64,000 nucleotides of DNA from Aquificaceae bacterium. GTDB lineage: Bacteria > Aquificota > Aquificia > Aquificales > Aquificaceae. The notes beneath the pieces were generated by a model. It had not been told where the DNA came from. It saw only the letters and a list, made by a program, of their open reading frames with translations, and made no database searches. The stretch spans positions 480,001 to 544,000 of the forward strand of contig JAXSNR010000001.1 of assembly GCA_037925075.1 (NCBI GenBank), written 5' to 3'. Within the stretch, counting starts at the first letter, position 1, and each line of letters begins with the position of its first letter. The position numbers and the translations under genes were made by a program. Below are positions 49,713 to 58,646 of this stretch, piece by piece.

Positions 49713-51604
49713 GATCCAATTAATGGTGGTTTATACTTAGTTATACCATGCTGTGTTTTCTGCCAATAGAAGGGCTTTGTAAATAATTCATAAAGTGATC
49801 TATATGAAGCTATAGAATGAAGTATCCAATATATTGGATTTAAAAAACCATATGGTAACAGTTCATAATAACCTCTTTTGAAAACCGCAATCATATTGAG
49901 ATAAATACCTATAAAATTACCTATGAGTAGATTAAACAAGGATATGTGAAGTAAAAGCGGTGGAAATAGTGGTTCTAAACTCTTCGTTTGAGTTATTAGC
50001 CATACTAAGAACATAAGCCACATTATGGGATTTATCAAAAAGGTAAGAGGGGTTCCACCTATTAGAAATAAAAAGGAAAGCATTCCCTTAAACCCCACAG
50101 TTCTATAGAGCTTACCAATGTTTCTTGAGTGTACCAAAAAGGTTTGCATGTACCCCTTAATCCACCTAGACCTTTGCCTTATCCAATTCTTTACTCTAGC
50201 GTTTGCCTCTTCGTAGGTGGTAGAGTTGATTATGCCTACCTTATACCCTTTTCCAAAGGCTCTTACTCCAAGGTCCGCATCCTCTGTAGTGTTAAATGGA
50301 TCCCACGCTCCTATTTCACGGAGTTTTTCCACGTCAAAGTGATTGCTCGTCCCTCCAAGGGGAATAGGCAATTTAAGATTGAAAAGCCCAGGCAATAGAT
50401 AATCAAACCAGTAAGAATATTCAAGAGTAAACATCTTGGTAAGAAAGTTTTCATCTTTATTAAAGTAGTTTAGTGCTGCCTGAAAGCATATGTAATCTTC
50501 ACCAGCTTTTTTAAAGGCTAAAACCGCCTTTTTTAACTGATCCGGTTCAGGTATATCCTCTGCATCGTATATGGTCAGGTATTTCCCCTTAGCAAAAAAC
50601 AACCCATAGTTACAAGCCTTTGGCTTTGTTTTTGGTATGCTATTTGGTACTATAATAAAGCGCCAGTTGGCTGGTGGTTTGTGTTTCTTTGCCGATTCAA
50701 GAGTTTCCGTATCGTCCTCTTCAAGAAGCAGAATAACATCCAGTTTATTCTGCGGATAGTCCATCTTCTTTAAACTTTCCATCAGTATGCCAATCACTTC
50801 AGGCTCCTTATAAACTGGTACAAGTACAGTGTATACAGGCAGTTCATCATCCCGTAGTGCCCTAACCTCCTCTTCTGTTATAAATTGTTGCATTTCGCTT
50901 TTTGCGCCAGCTACACTGACAATCAGCTTAAAAGCTATAGAAAGAATGTAAAATAGCTGGGCTATTAATATTATAGCTGTCAGAGTCAATACAGGATTAA
51001 TGTATAGTCCAATCAATATTGCAAAAAGTGCAAGACCCATAAAAAACACCTGCCCTTTTGAAAAAACCAAAGATGCAGAGTACTCAGGGGATAAATAAAA
51101 CAAGCCCCTAATTGATTTATCTATAAGAAAGTCTTTGTGAATATGTTCAAGGGTTTTCACAAGATCAAGGTCTGTAATAATGTATAACTCCACAAGATAT
51201 CCTTCAAAATATCTGCTTATAAACTTTTCAAACTCATTACTTCCCGGATTTGACGTAAAAAGTTTAACAGTGAAATCATCCTTGTAAGCGGGTATAATTT
51301 CATACCTTATTAGTTCTTGAACATCAAAACTCTTAACCAGTTTTAAATCAACCTGTGCAAGTATATTCTCAACTCCTAATATAAGGGGAAACCCAAAATG
51401 TTCCGCAAGAGCCTTGTAAAGGTCAAATCTTCTTATATAACCAAGAGAAGCAAGTGTCCAGCCTAACCTTCCACCACTCTTGTGCTGATATTCAAGAGCC
51501 TCCTTAAGCTGTTCTTCTGTGATATAGCCCTTTTCGACTAATAGACTACCAATTGAGCTCCTTTTAGAAGTTGTACCATAAATTAAAGAAGAAACCATGT
51601 GCAT
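49709..51604 (-). CDS. MshEN (T2SSE_N) domain + processive GT2 polysaccharide synthase
   Basis: IGSLLVEKGYITEEQLKEALEYQ-HKSGG-RLGWTLASLGYI; VPVYKE, KPKACN, YDAED, TED, QRSRW; C-terminal TMs, WQKTQHG; start may be 51598. Confidence 0.9.
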   Translation of the reverse strand: MHMVSSLIYGTTSKRSSIGSLLVEKGYITEEQLKEALEYQHKSGGRLGWTLASLGYIRRFDLYKALAEHFGFPLILGVENILAQVDLKLVKSFDVQELIRYEIIPAYKDDFTVKLFTSNPGSNEFEKFISRYFEGYLVELYIITDLDLVKTLEHIHKDFLIDKSIRGLFYLSPEYSASLVFSKGQVFFMGLALFAILIGLYINPVLTLTAIILIAQLFYILSIAFKLIVSVAGAKSEMQQFITEEEVRALRDDELPVYTVLVPVYKEPEVIGILMESLKKMDYPQNKLDVILLLEEDDTETLESAKKHKPPANWRFIIVPNSIPKTKPKACNYGLFFAKGKYLTIYDAEDIPEPDQLKKAVLAFKKAGEDYICFQAALNYFNKDENFLTKMFTLEYSYWFDYLLPGLFNLKLPIPLGGTSNHFDVEKLREIGAWDPFNTTEDADLGVRAFGKGYKVGIINSTTYEEANARVKNWIRQRSRWIKGYMQTFLVHSRNIGKLYRTVGFKGMLSFLFLIGGTPLTFLINPIMWLMFLVWLITQTKSLEPLFPPLLLHISLFNLLIGNFIGIYLNMIAVFKRGYYELLPYGFLNPIYWILHSIASYRSLYELFTKPFYWQKTQHGITKYKPPLIGS

Positions 51605-52346
51605 CTCCCACCATTCTACCGTAGAGGGTTTTCTGATAGCCCGGCACTAGGGAAAGGTTTCCCAATTTGATTCTGGGGGCTAAGTTGATTTGTATTAGTT
51701 TGTAATCGGGCTCAAGGAAAAGGTTTTCACCGATTGCTTTTCTCTTGCCGTCTCCGAGACCGATCTGAGCATCCAGAAAGGCTAACAGCTGAAGGTTCTC
51801 CGCTATGTTTATACCACCACCACAGTATGCCCTTATCTGACTTGAAGGGTAACCAAAGTAATACCTATAACCTATACCTGAATCCCAAAACCCCCAATTG
51901 CCAGAGAATCCATACAGAAGACCACCTTCTAACCCAAGCCTTCCATATCCTATACGAGGATTGTTCTTTATAGAATAACCCGTGGGTACTATAATATTTC
52001 CATACAAGGATAAAGAATCACTTTCACCTTTCCTTATATTTCTTATGATTCCCAACTCAAGGTCTGCAAAGCCAGAGTTCTTATCATTTCCACACTTTAA
52101 CCAGCTATATGGCAACTTAAAGGTTGCAGTGTGCCTTTTATCTATTCCATATTCGCCATAAAGTTGTAGCTCCCTTTTCTCAAAAGTACACCCTATGGGT
52201 CTTCTTTTACCATCTTTATCAAAATATTTCGTTGCTTTCTGATAATTGAAGCTTGTTGATATAAATATCTCACCCTCTTGCCTTACCCATGCGGAGGCGT
52301 AAAGTATAGAACTGAAAGTAGCTATCATAAGAAGAACTTTTATCAT
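51564..52346 (-). CDS. Putative outer-membrane beta-barrel
   Basis: Signal peptide, alternating aromatic/Gly beta-strands, terminal FFNLWYNF. Confidence 0.7.
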   Translation of the reverse strand: MIKVLLMIATFSSILYASAWVRQEGEIFISTSFNYQKATKYFDKDGKRRPIGCTFEKRELQLYGEYGIDKRHTATFKLPYSWLKCGNDKNSGFADLELGIIRNIRKGESDSLSLYGNIIVPTGYSIKNNPRIGYGRLGLEGGLLYGFSGNWGFWDSGIGYRYYFGYPSSQIRAYCGGGINIAENLQLLAFLDAQIGLGDGKRKAIGENLFLEPDYKLIQINLAPRIKLGNLSLVPGYQKTLYGRMVGDAHGFFFNLWYNF

Positions 52347-54298
52347 GTAGCCCTCCTTGTGAGTTTTCTATAAGTGTGTATTAGCAGGTATAGTACGGGT
52401 ATAGAGATAAGTATTATTATTAACAATCTATACTTTACCCAATAATAGCCCAATCCTCTTTCACCTTCATATTTAACCCTCAGCTTTTCTCCCGTTTCAA
52501 AGGAAGCAAGGTAGTTTTCTGCTACCACAGCCACATTACCGTATAAGTTCAAATAGTCATCTATAGAGTATTTATCAGAAAAGGTGGTAATATCAGGATT
52601 ACCGTATGAGCTTACTTTTAGCTCTGGTGAAGAGGCATCTATAAGTGTAAGATAAATAAAGGGTAGTTCATACTTTGCAGAAAAAACTATTTTTCCATTT
52701 GTAGGATCATAAATTTCAAAAAGACCCTTTTTATTGTCTGGTTTTACAAGGCTTATAAAGTAATCATAATTCCCATCTTTTTTATCTGTAAGCTGAATTA
52801 GATTTATGTTTTTATTCATCTCAGTAAGCGAGTTTAAAAGCTTGGCCGCAAAAGGTATTAGCTTTTTATCTTCTATATAAATTCCTACTTTACCGTTAAC
52901 CATCTTGAAAAAGTCTGCTATTGTCCTCACCCTTTTGCTTACACTATTCCAGTAAAAATATGAATCGTCAAATACTGTAAGTACAGATTGTGTAATCGCA
53001 CCAAAGCAATTGTCTGAAGAGGTAAAATTAACCAAGTTTACTACAAGGGTATTATGGCCATAGGAAAGTTCTTGAGTGGGTATTTTTATATCAAGGCTTT
53101 TGGTCCCATAACCTTCAAGGGGTAACGTTTTTATAAGTGTTTCATTTAGGTATACTCTTAGCTCCATCTTATCCTTTTGATGGACAGGGGTGTGGGCAAA
53201 ATTTAGTCTTAGGTAAAGTGTATCTGGCATTCCCCCAAAAGAAGCTAAGTTAAGGGGTATGTAAAAAGAGAGGTTTGCCATACCCTTTACGCTGGAAGTT
53301 CTAATACCTAACTCTCTGATGGAGATTTCCCTATACTTAGTGGTTTCTCTTTCTGTCATCTGGTTTATTTTTACAGATTTGCCAAATATAAGAGGCTTAT
53401 AGCCATGCTGCAAAGCTTGAATTAGGGACTTACTAACATACAAAGTTTTCCCTTCAAGCTTATTTATATCCTGCGAGAGCTTTATTACCTTGCAATTATC
53501 CTTTATGCCCCAATGGAAAATAGTGGGAATACTCCTAACCTTGGAAAGGTAATAAACCAGTGGAAGAAGCTCTTCTTCCTCTATGCAAAAATCCCTTTCG
53601 TAGTCTAAGAGAAAGGTAGTTATGTCCTCTGCCTGTTTGTAAGTAAAGGTAATTATACTGTCCGCATGTATAAGAAGATAAGGCTTATCAGAAAAGACAT
53701 CTTCACATATGTTATTAGAAAGTCTTAAATTTCCCTTTATTGAAATCTTTATGTAATCTTTATTCCTTTTTGGTTTTATATCAAGCCTTATGGGTCTACC
53801 CGAATCTTTCATGGTCATTGTGTAGTAAGGTATATCATCCACCAGTACGCTCACAGAAGAATCTTGTCTTAGATATTCAGGTATTGTAAGTCTTAAGTTT
53901 ACTGTTGTCTCTTTTAGGTTCCTATATACGGGAATGTAAAAATCATAAGCTGGGTTTATACCCCTTAAGACCATATCTTCCTTGAGTAAGTTCAATTCTC
54001 TAAAGCCATACTGAACAGTCCTATCAAAAGGTCCCAAGAGGTTTTTTTCTTCTGGTTCGTAGATATTTGTGGGTGAATCCTTGTGCTTCACATTGGGATT
54101 AGTGGGTATGTTTACCTTAGATTTAACAACTCTTTTTTTTTGAACGGTAACTTGAGCTTCCTTTTTTTCCTTTGTCTCTATGTCAGGAAAGAATTCGTCT
54201 AAGTAGGTAAATATATGTAGGGAATCACTAGCAGATACTACTGAGGCACAAAAAAGCAAAAGTGTAGCTAGTCCTAAAAGGAGCACACCGGGTCTCAT
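52343..54298 (-). CDS. BcsB-like periplasmic co-polymerase subunit
   Basis: Signal peptide, two repeated beta-rich modules (SSVSVLVDDIP / ELRVYLNETLI...GHNTL), Cys in NICED and DNCF, single C-terminal TM with basic tail. Confidence 0.72.
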   Translation of the reverse strand: MRPGVLLLGLATLLLFCASVVSASDSLHIFTYLDEFFPDIETKEKKEAQVTVQKKRVVKSKVNIPTNPNVKHKDSPTNIYEPEEKNLLGPFDRTVQYGFRELNLLKEDMVLRGINPAYDFYIPVYRNLKETTVNLRLTIPEYLRQDSSVSVLVDDIPYYTMTMKDSGRPIRLDIKPKRNKDYIKISIKGNLRLSNNICEDVFSDKPYLLIHADSIITFTYKQAEDITTFLLDYERDFCIEEEELLPLVYYLSKVRSIPTIFHWGIKDNCKVIKLSQDINKLEGKTLYVSKSLIQALQHGYKPLIFGKSVKINQMTERETTKYREISIRELGIRTSSVKGMANLSFYIPLNLASFGGMPDTLYLRLNFAHTPVHQKDKMELRVYLNETLIKTLPLEGYGTKSLDIKIPTQELSYGHNTLVVNLVNFTSSDNCFGAITQSVLTVFDDSYFYWNSVSKRVRTIADFFKMVNGKVGIYIEDKKLIPFAAKLLNSLTEMNKNINLIQLTDKKDGNYDYFISLVKPDNKKGLFEIYDPTNGKIVFSAKYELPFIYLTLIDASSPELKVSSYGNPDITTFSDKYSIDDYLNLYGNVAVVAENYLASFETGEKLRVKYEGERGLGYYWVKYRLLIIILISIPVLYLLIHTYRKLTRRAT

Positions 54299-54307
54299 GT
54301 TCTTTTA

Positions 54308-54340
54308 ATTGTAGCATAAACTAAGTGAAGAATTAGTGAA
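54308..54340 (-). promoter_or_regulatory. Promoter of the polysaccharide operon: direct repeat plus extended -10
   Basis: Minus strand TTCACT-AATTC-TTCACT-TAGTTTATGC-TACAAT, then 9 nt to ATG. Confidence 0.6.
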
Positions 54341-54514
54341 TCCCTCAACATGACACTTGAAACTACTATTTAGGGCAAAGTAAAACAGTATAGAAATGCC
54401 ACAGAAGGCTCAAGCCCTAATTTTTCATCTGACCTTTAGATATAACCTACATTTTTCACCTGCCAAATCCTGCCCATATTTTTTCATGCTCGTATGTATA
54501 ATATTAGACTTATA

Positions 54515-54586
54515 GGGCGATTAGCTCAGAGGTAGAGCGCCATCCTCACAAGATGGAGGTCGGAGGTTCGAGTCCTCCATCGCCCA
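54515..54586 (+). tRNA. tRNA-Val(CAC), CCA not encoded
   Basis: GGGCGAT/ATCGCCC acceptor stem, CCATC-CTCACAA-GATGG anticodon arm, TTCGAGT T-loop. Confidence 0.96.
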
Positions 54587-54626
54587 TTATGTAGAAAACC
54601 TAAGATTGTTGCATACTTTTAATAAT

Positions 54627-56069
54627 ATGAGCCTAAAAGAGAGCCTTCTTAAGGTCTCTGAGTTTGTGTATAAACTTCCTGAAAATACACTGCACGGACA
54701 AAAGGTCCCGGTCTACTTCTACCTTAGCGATAGGCTTTTTGAACTTCTTGAAGAAGACGCCATAAGGCAGGCGGGCAACGCTGCAACCTTGCCCGGTGTG
54801 GAAAAGGCCATATACGTGATGCCTGATGTGCATGTGGGTTATGGATTTCCCGTGGGTGGTGTGATGGCAACGGACACAGAAAAAGGCATAATAAGCCCGG
54901 GTTCTATAGGGTACGACATAAACTGTGGAGTTAGGTTAATAGCCACAAACCTAACCGCGGACATGGTTCAACCCATAAGAAGGGAGCTTATGCAAGAGAT
55001 ACTCAAGAATGTACCTGCAGGTGTGGGGTCCACTGGCAAGCTAAAGCTTTCAAAGGAAGAGCTTTCGGAGGTTGCCATTAAAGGAGCAAGGTGGGCCATA
55101 GAAAGGGGCTTTGGCTTTGAGGAGGACCTCAAGCACATAGAGAGCGGTGGAGCTCTTCCTGACGCTGACCCTTCAAAGGTTTCGGATTTTGCCTTTCAAA
55201 GAGGCTCTGATGAGCTTGGCACTGTGGGCTCTGGCAATCACTTTGTGGAATTGCAGTATATGGATGAGGTGTATGATGAAGAGGTGGCCCAGAAGTTAGG
55301 GCTAAGGGTTGGGCAAGTTACCATAATGGTCCATTCGGGTTCAAGGGGCTTTGGACATCAGGTATGCGTAGACTACCTAAAGATTGCAAAAGATGCTCTC
55401 AAAAAATACAACATAGAGATACCAGACATGCAACTTGCCTGCATGCCCTTTGGCTCTCCTGAGGGACAGGATTACTTTAAGGCCATGAACGCCGCCGCCA
55501 ACTATGCCTTTGCCAACAGACAGATACTGGGCTACCTGACCGCGGATACCGTTAGAAAATTTCTAAGTCTATCTTGGGAAGAGTTTGGCTACAGGCTCAT
55601 ATACGACCTTGCCCACAATATAGGGAAGGTTGAAGAGCATAGGGTGGACAATAAAAGGAAAAACCTTCTTGTGCATCGCAAGGGTGCAACCAGGGCTTTT
55701 CCGCCATACAACCCACACATTCCCCCTGCTTACAGAGAGATTGGTCAGCCCGTCCTACTTCCTGGAGATGTGGGAAGGTATTCCTTTCTTCTTGTGGGCC
55801 AAGAAAACAGCATGCATATGAGCTTCGGAAGTGCCTGCCATGGAGCCGGGAGGCTCATGTCAAGGACAAAGGCAAAGGAGTTTGTCAAGAGAGAAGGGTT
55901 TGAAAAGGTGCTTGGCGGTCTTGTGGTGGTAGCAAGGGGCAAAGGAACTGTGGCGGAGGAAATTCCACAGGCTTACAAGGATGTTTCGGAGGTTGCCTAC
56001 GTGGTTCATTCCTTGGGTATTGCAAAGCTGGTGGCAAGGTTCAAACCTTTAGGCACTTTAAAGGGTTAA
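54627..56069 (+). CDS. rtcB: RNA-splicing/repair ligase RtcB
   Basis: MPDVHVGYGFPVG, GYDINCG, GSGNHF, HSGSRG, HRKGAT, CHGAGR, EE-P-AYK. Confidence 0.97.
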   Translation: MSLKESLLKVSEFVYKLPENTLHGQKVPVYFYLSDRLFELLEEDAIRQAGNAATLPGVEKAIYVMPDVHVGYGFPVGGVMATDTEKGIISPGSIGYDINCGVRLIATNLTADMVQPIRRELMQEILKNVPAGVGSTGKLKLSKEELSEVAIKGARWAIERGFGFEEDLKHIESGGALPDADPSKVSDFAFQRGSDELGTVGSGNHFVELQYMDEVYDEEVAQKLGLRVGQVTIMVHSGSRGFGHQVCVDYLKIAKDALKKYNIEIPDMQLACMPFGSPEGQDYFKAMNAAANYAFANRQILGYLTADTVRKFLSLSWEEFGYRLIYDLAHNIGKVEEHRVDNKRKNLLVHRKGATRAFPPYNPHIPPAYREIGQPVLLPGDVGRYSFLLVGQENSMHMSFGSACHGAGRLMSRTKAKEFVKREGFEKVLGGLVVVARGKGTVAEEIPQAYKDVSEVAYVVHSLGIAKLVARFKPLGTLKG

Positions 56070-56099
56070 GTGTTATAATAAAAAGCTCTGGAGGAACTA

Positions 56100-57665
56100 A
56101 TGGGTGAGTTTGAAAAGCTTTTTGAAAAGAGTCTTAAACTGAAGGAAATAAAAAGAGGTGAGGTAATAAAGGGAAGGGTTGTAAAGGTAGAGGACAGAAA
56201 CATATACGTGGATATAGGTTATAAAGTAGAGGGCATAGTACCAAGGGAAGAAGTGCCCGACGCAAAGGTGGGAGATGAGCTAAAGGCGGTGGTCATAAGG
56301 TTTACAAAGGGTGGTTCTCCCATACTTTCCTACAGAAGATACCTTGAGGATAAGCTTATAGGTTTTCTAAAGTCTTGTTATGAAAAGGGCAGGTTTATAA
56401 CTGGTACAGTTGTGGGTAAAAGTGAGGATGGTTATGTAGTGGATGTGAGCGGTCTGAAGGTGTTCCTTCCTATGGAGGAAGCCCTCAAAAACCTCAGAGA
56501 AGGCAAAAAGATAGTGGCAAAGATAACAGAACTCAAAAAAGAGGAGGATGGTCTTAAGATTGTATTGTCTCAGAAGGATTACATAAAATCTCAGGAGGAA
56601 AAGAAAAGGGCAAGGCTTCTCTCTAAGATAAAGTTGGGAGATGTAATAGAGGGTAAAGTGATAAAGATAAACCCAGACAAGGGCATAACCTTGCTGGTGG
56701 GTAATGCGCTTAGGGCATTCCTTCCCCTTGAAGAGCTAAGTTGGGGAAGAGATAGAAACCCATACAACTACGCAGAGATTGATGAAAGGCTGAGGGTAAA
56801 GGTAAAGAGGATACCAAAGGATGGGCAGTTTATATTTGTAAGCCTCAAGGAGATGAAGGAAAACCCATGGCAAAAGGCAGAGCAGAGCATACAGAAGGGC
56901 CAAGTGGTAAAGGGAAAGGTTGTAGAGGTAAGGGAAAACGGGCTCATCCTTGAGGTCATGGAGGGTGTAGAGGGCTTTGTGCCAAGGGAAGATATATCTT
57001 ATGATGGTAGCACCTTCAAAAAGGGCGATAGGGTATCCGCTCAGGTGCTCGACTTTGACCCAAAAAGACATAAGCTGGTTCTTAGCATAAAGAGAACCCT
57101 TCCCAAACCATGGGAGGAGTTTATAAAGGAACATCCAGCTGGCAGTAGAGTGGTTGGAACTGTGGAAAGGATAGAAGGTGCAAAGGCCATAATAAGCCTC
57201 GAAAAAGGTGTGCAGGGCATCATTCATAGAAGCGACCTTGCTTGGATAAAGCCCGGAAGAGTGGAGGATGTTCTTCAGGTGGGTCAATCCTTAGAGTTTG
57301 CAGTGCTGGGCCTCGAAGGCAGGTTTGTAAAACTGGGTCTTAAACAGCTTACGGAAAATCCTTGGGAGAGAATCCTTGGAAATTACAAAGTTGGTGACAA
57401 GGTGAAGCTCCATGTCAAAAGCGTACATCCCTTTGGTGCCTTTTTGCAGTTTCCAGAAGGTGTAGATGGGCTTCTACCCATATCGGAGATACCAAAGGAT
57501 TTGAAGCTTCAAGAAGGTCAAGAGGTAGAAGCAAGGATAATAGAGCTCACTCAAGATAAGATCACCTTCAGCATGAAGGAGGAAGAAAAGAAGGAGGAGA
57601 TAATAACAACCTCTGAAAAAGGCTTTACACTTGGCGACATACTCAAGAAGAAAATGAAAATATGA
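56100..57665 (+). CDS. rpsA: 30S ribosomal protein S1
   Basis: Multiple S1 OB repeats; SD GGAGG. Confidence 0.93.
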   Translation: MGEFEKLFEKSLKLKEIKRGEVIKGRVVKVEDRNIYVDIGYKVEGIVPREEVPDAKVGDELKAVVIRFTKGGSPILSYRRYLEDKLIGFLKSCYEKGRFITGTVVGKSEDGYVVDVSGLKVFLPMEEALKNLREGKKIVAKITELKKEEDGLKIVLSQKDYIKSQEEKKRARLLSKIKLGDVIEGKVIKINPDKGITLLVGNALRAFLPLEELSWGRDRNPYNYAEIDERLRVKVKRIPKDGQFIFVSLKEMKENPWQKAEQSIQKGQVVKGKVVEVRENGLILEVMEGVEGFVPREDISYDGSTFKKGDRVSAQVLDFDPKRHKLVLSIKRTLPKPWEEFIKEHPAGSRVVGTVERIEGAKAIISLEKGVQGIIHRSDLAWIKPGRVEDVLQVGQSLEFAVLGLEGRFVKLGLKQLTENPWERILGNYKVGDKVKLHVKSVHPFGAFLQFPEGVDGLLPISEIPKDLKLQEGQEVEARIIELTQDKITFSMKEEEKKEEIITTSEKGFTLGDILKKKMKI

Positions 57666-57904
57666 AAAAGAAAACACTCGTTGAAAGGCTTTATGAAGGA
57701 TACTTTCATATTTACTCAAAGAAAAAAATCTACAGGATGGTAAACTTTCTGATAGACAAGATGAAAGAGGGCATAGATTCCGAAGATGGTTTGAAGATCT
57801 CAGGCTTTGGCAGTTTCAGAAAGAAGGGGAAACGCATCTTGTTTAGACCGAGTAGAAGACTCATATACAGGTTGAAAAGTGAGGCCAAAAGGTCTAAAAT
57901 GTAG
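57662..57904 (+). CDS. HU/IHF-family protein with a shortened arm
   Basis: LKISGFGSF...FRPS; located directly after rpsA, as ihfB often is. Confidence 0.75.
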   Translation: MKKKTLVERLYEGYFHIYSKKKIYRMVNFLIDKMKEGIDSEDGLKISGFGSFRKKGKRILFRPSRRLIYRLKSEAKRSKM

Positions 57905-57910
57905 AGTTAA

Positions 57911-57983
57911 CGGGGTGTGGCGCAGGCGGAAGCGCGCTGGCATGGGGGGCCAGAGGTCACGGGTTCAAGTCCCGTCACCCCGA
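57911..57983 (+). tRNA. tRNA-Pro(GGG), CCA not encoded
   Basis: CGGGGTG/CACCCCG acceptor stem, CTGGC-ATGGGGG-GCCAG anticodon arm, TTCAAGT T-loop. Confidence 0.95.
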
Positions 57984-58006
57984 TTTTTGAAATAGGGAGG
58001 TAGGAT

Positions 58007-58645
58007 ATGGTCATACTTGTGGAGCCTGTGGAGAGGGATATGGAATCTCTTGTTCTTAGGGTATTTCTAAAGTCCATTGATGTGCTTGGTGGTCTTTCAA
58101 AGCTGGCAGAATACAAAACTCTTACATGGCTTCCTTCCCTTGCTAGAGCTGTCTACTGCGTGGTCCTAAGGGAAGAGTACTTCAAAACAGACAGGGAGAT
58201 AGCGGAAAAGGTGGGTCTTACCGTCCAAACGATCAGAAACATCCTAAGGGCGGAACCCTCCACAGCCTTGGAAAAGTTAAGGAGGATAGAAGAACTCATT
58301 GAAGAAGAGAAAAAGGAACTAAAGGTTCACACCGCGGGGGGAATTGCAAAGCTCGCCTATAAATTGGTAAAGGAAGGGCACGAAGAGCCCCAGGTATTTC
58401 TTCAGTACTGTGAAAGGGTTGCCTATGCTCTTGATATTCCTTGGGCTTACATGGTACTTAAGAGGCTAAAAGGTACAGACTTCCCCATAAAGTCTGCGGA
58501 TGCTGTGGCGGAGAGGCTTGAGGGTGTATACATAAAGGGTAGGACCGCAAAGGAAGTGCTCCAGGAGCTTGAATATCCCATAAAGAACCCAGCAGAGCTA
58601 CTTCATAGGATAAAGGAAAACCTCAAAATGCACGGGCTGGAGTGA
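58007..58645 (+). CDS. HTH regulator resembling the archaeal 'near-KaiC' regulatory domain, with a C-terminal helical domain
   Basis: LTWLPSLARA...EIAEKVGLTVQTIRNIL...HTAGGIAK; SD GGGAGG. Confidence 0.7.
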   Translation: MVILVEPVERDMESLVLRVFLKSIDVLGGLSKLAEYKTLTWLPSLARAVYCVVLREEYFKTDREIAEKVGLTVQTIRNILRAEPSTALEKLRRIEELIEEEKKELKVHTAGGIAKLAYKLVKEGHEEPQVFLQYCERVAYALDIPWAYMVLKRLKGTDFPIKSADAVAERLEGVYIKGRTAKEVLQELEYPIKNPAELLHRIKENLKMHGLE

Positions 58646-58646
58646 T

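Noticed and set aside
54370..54420. TTAGGGC...GCCCTAA inverted repeat and GGCAAA as a possible c-di-GMP riboswitch
   Set aside because: Only 7 bp, wrong strand for the operon, upstream of the apparent promoter, and the other riboswitch elements are missing
29441..57983. Similarity between 29441-29513 and 57911-57983 as att sites of an integrated element
   Set aside because: Both are complete tRNA-Pro isoacceptors, the interval is full of housekeeping genes, and there is no integrase
57907..58116. 69-aa minus-strand ORF
   Set aside because: Antisense shadow of tRNA-Pro(GGG) and the next gene
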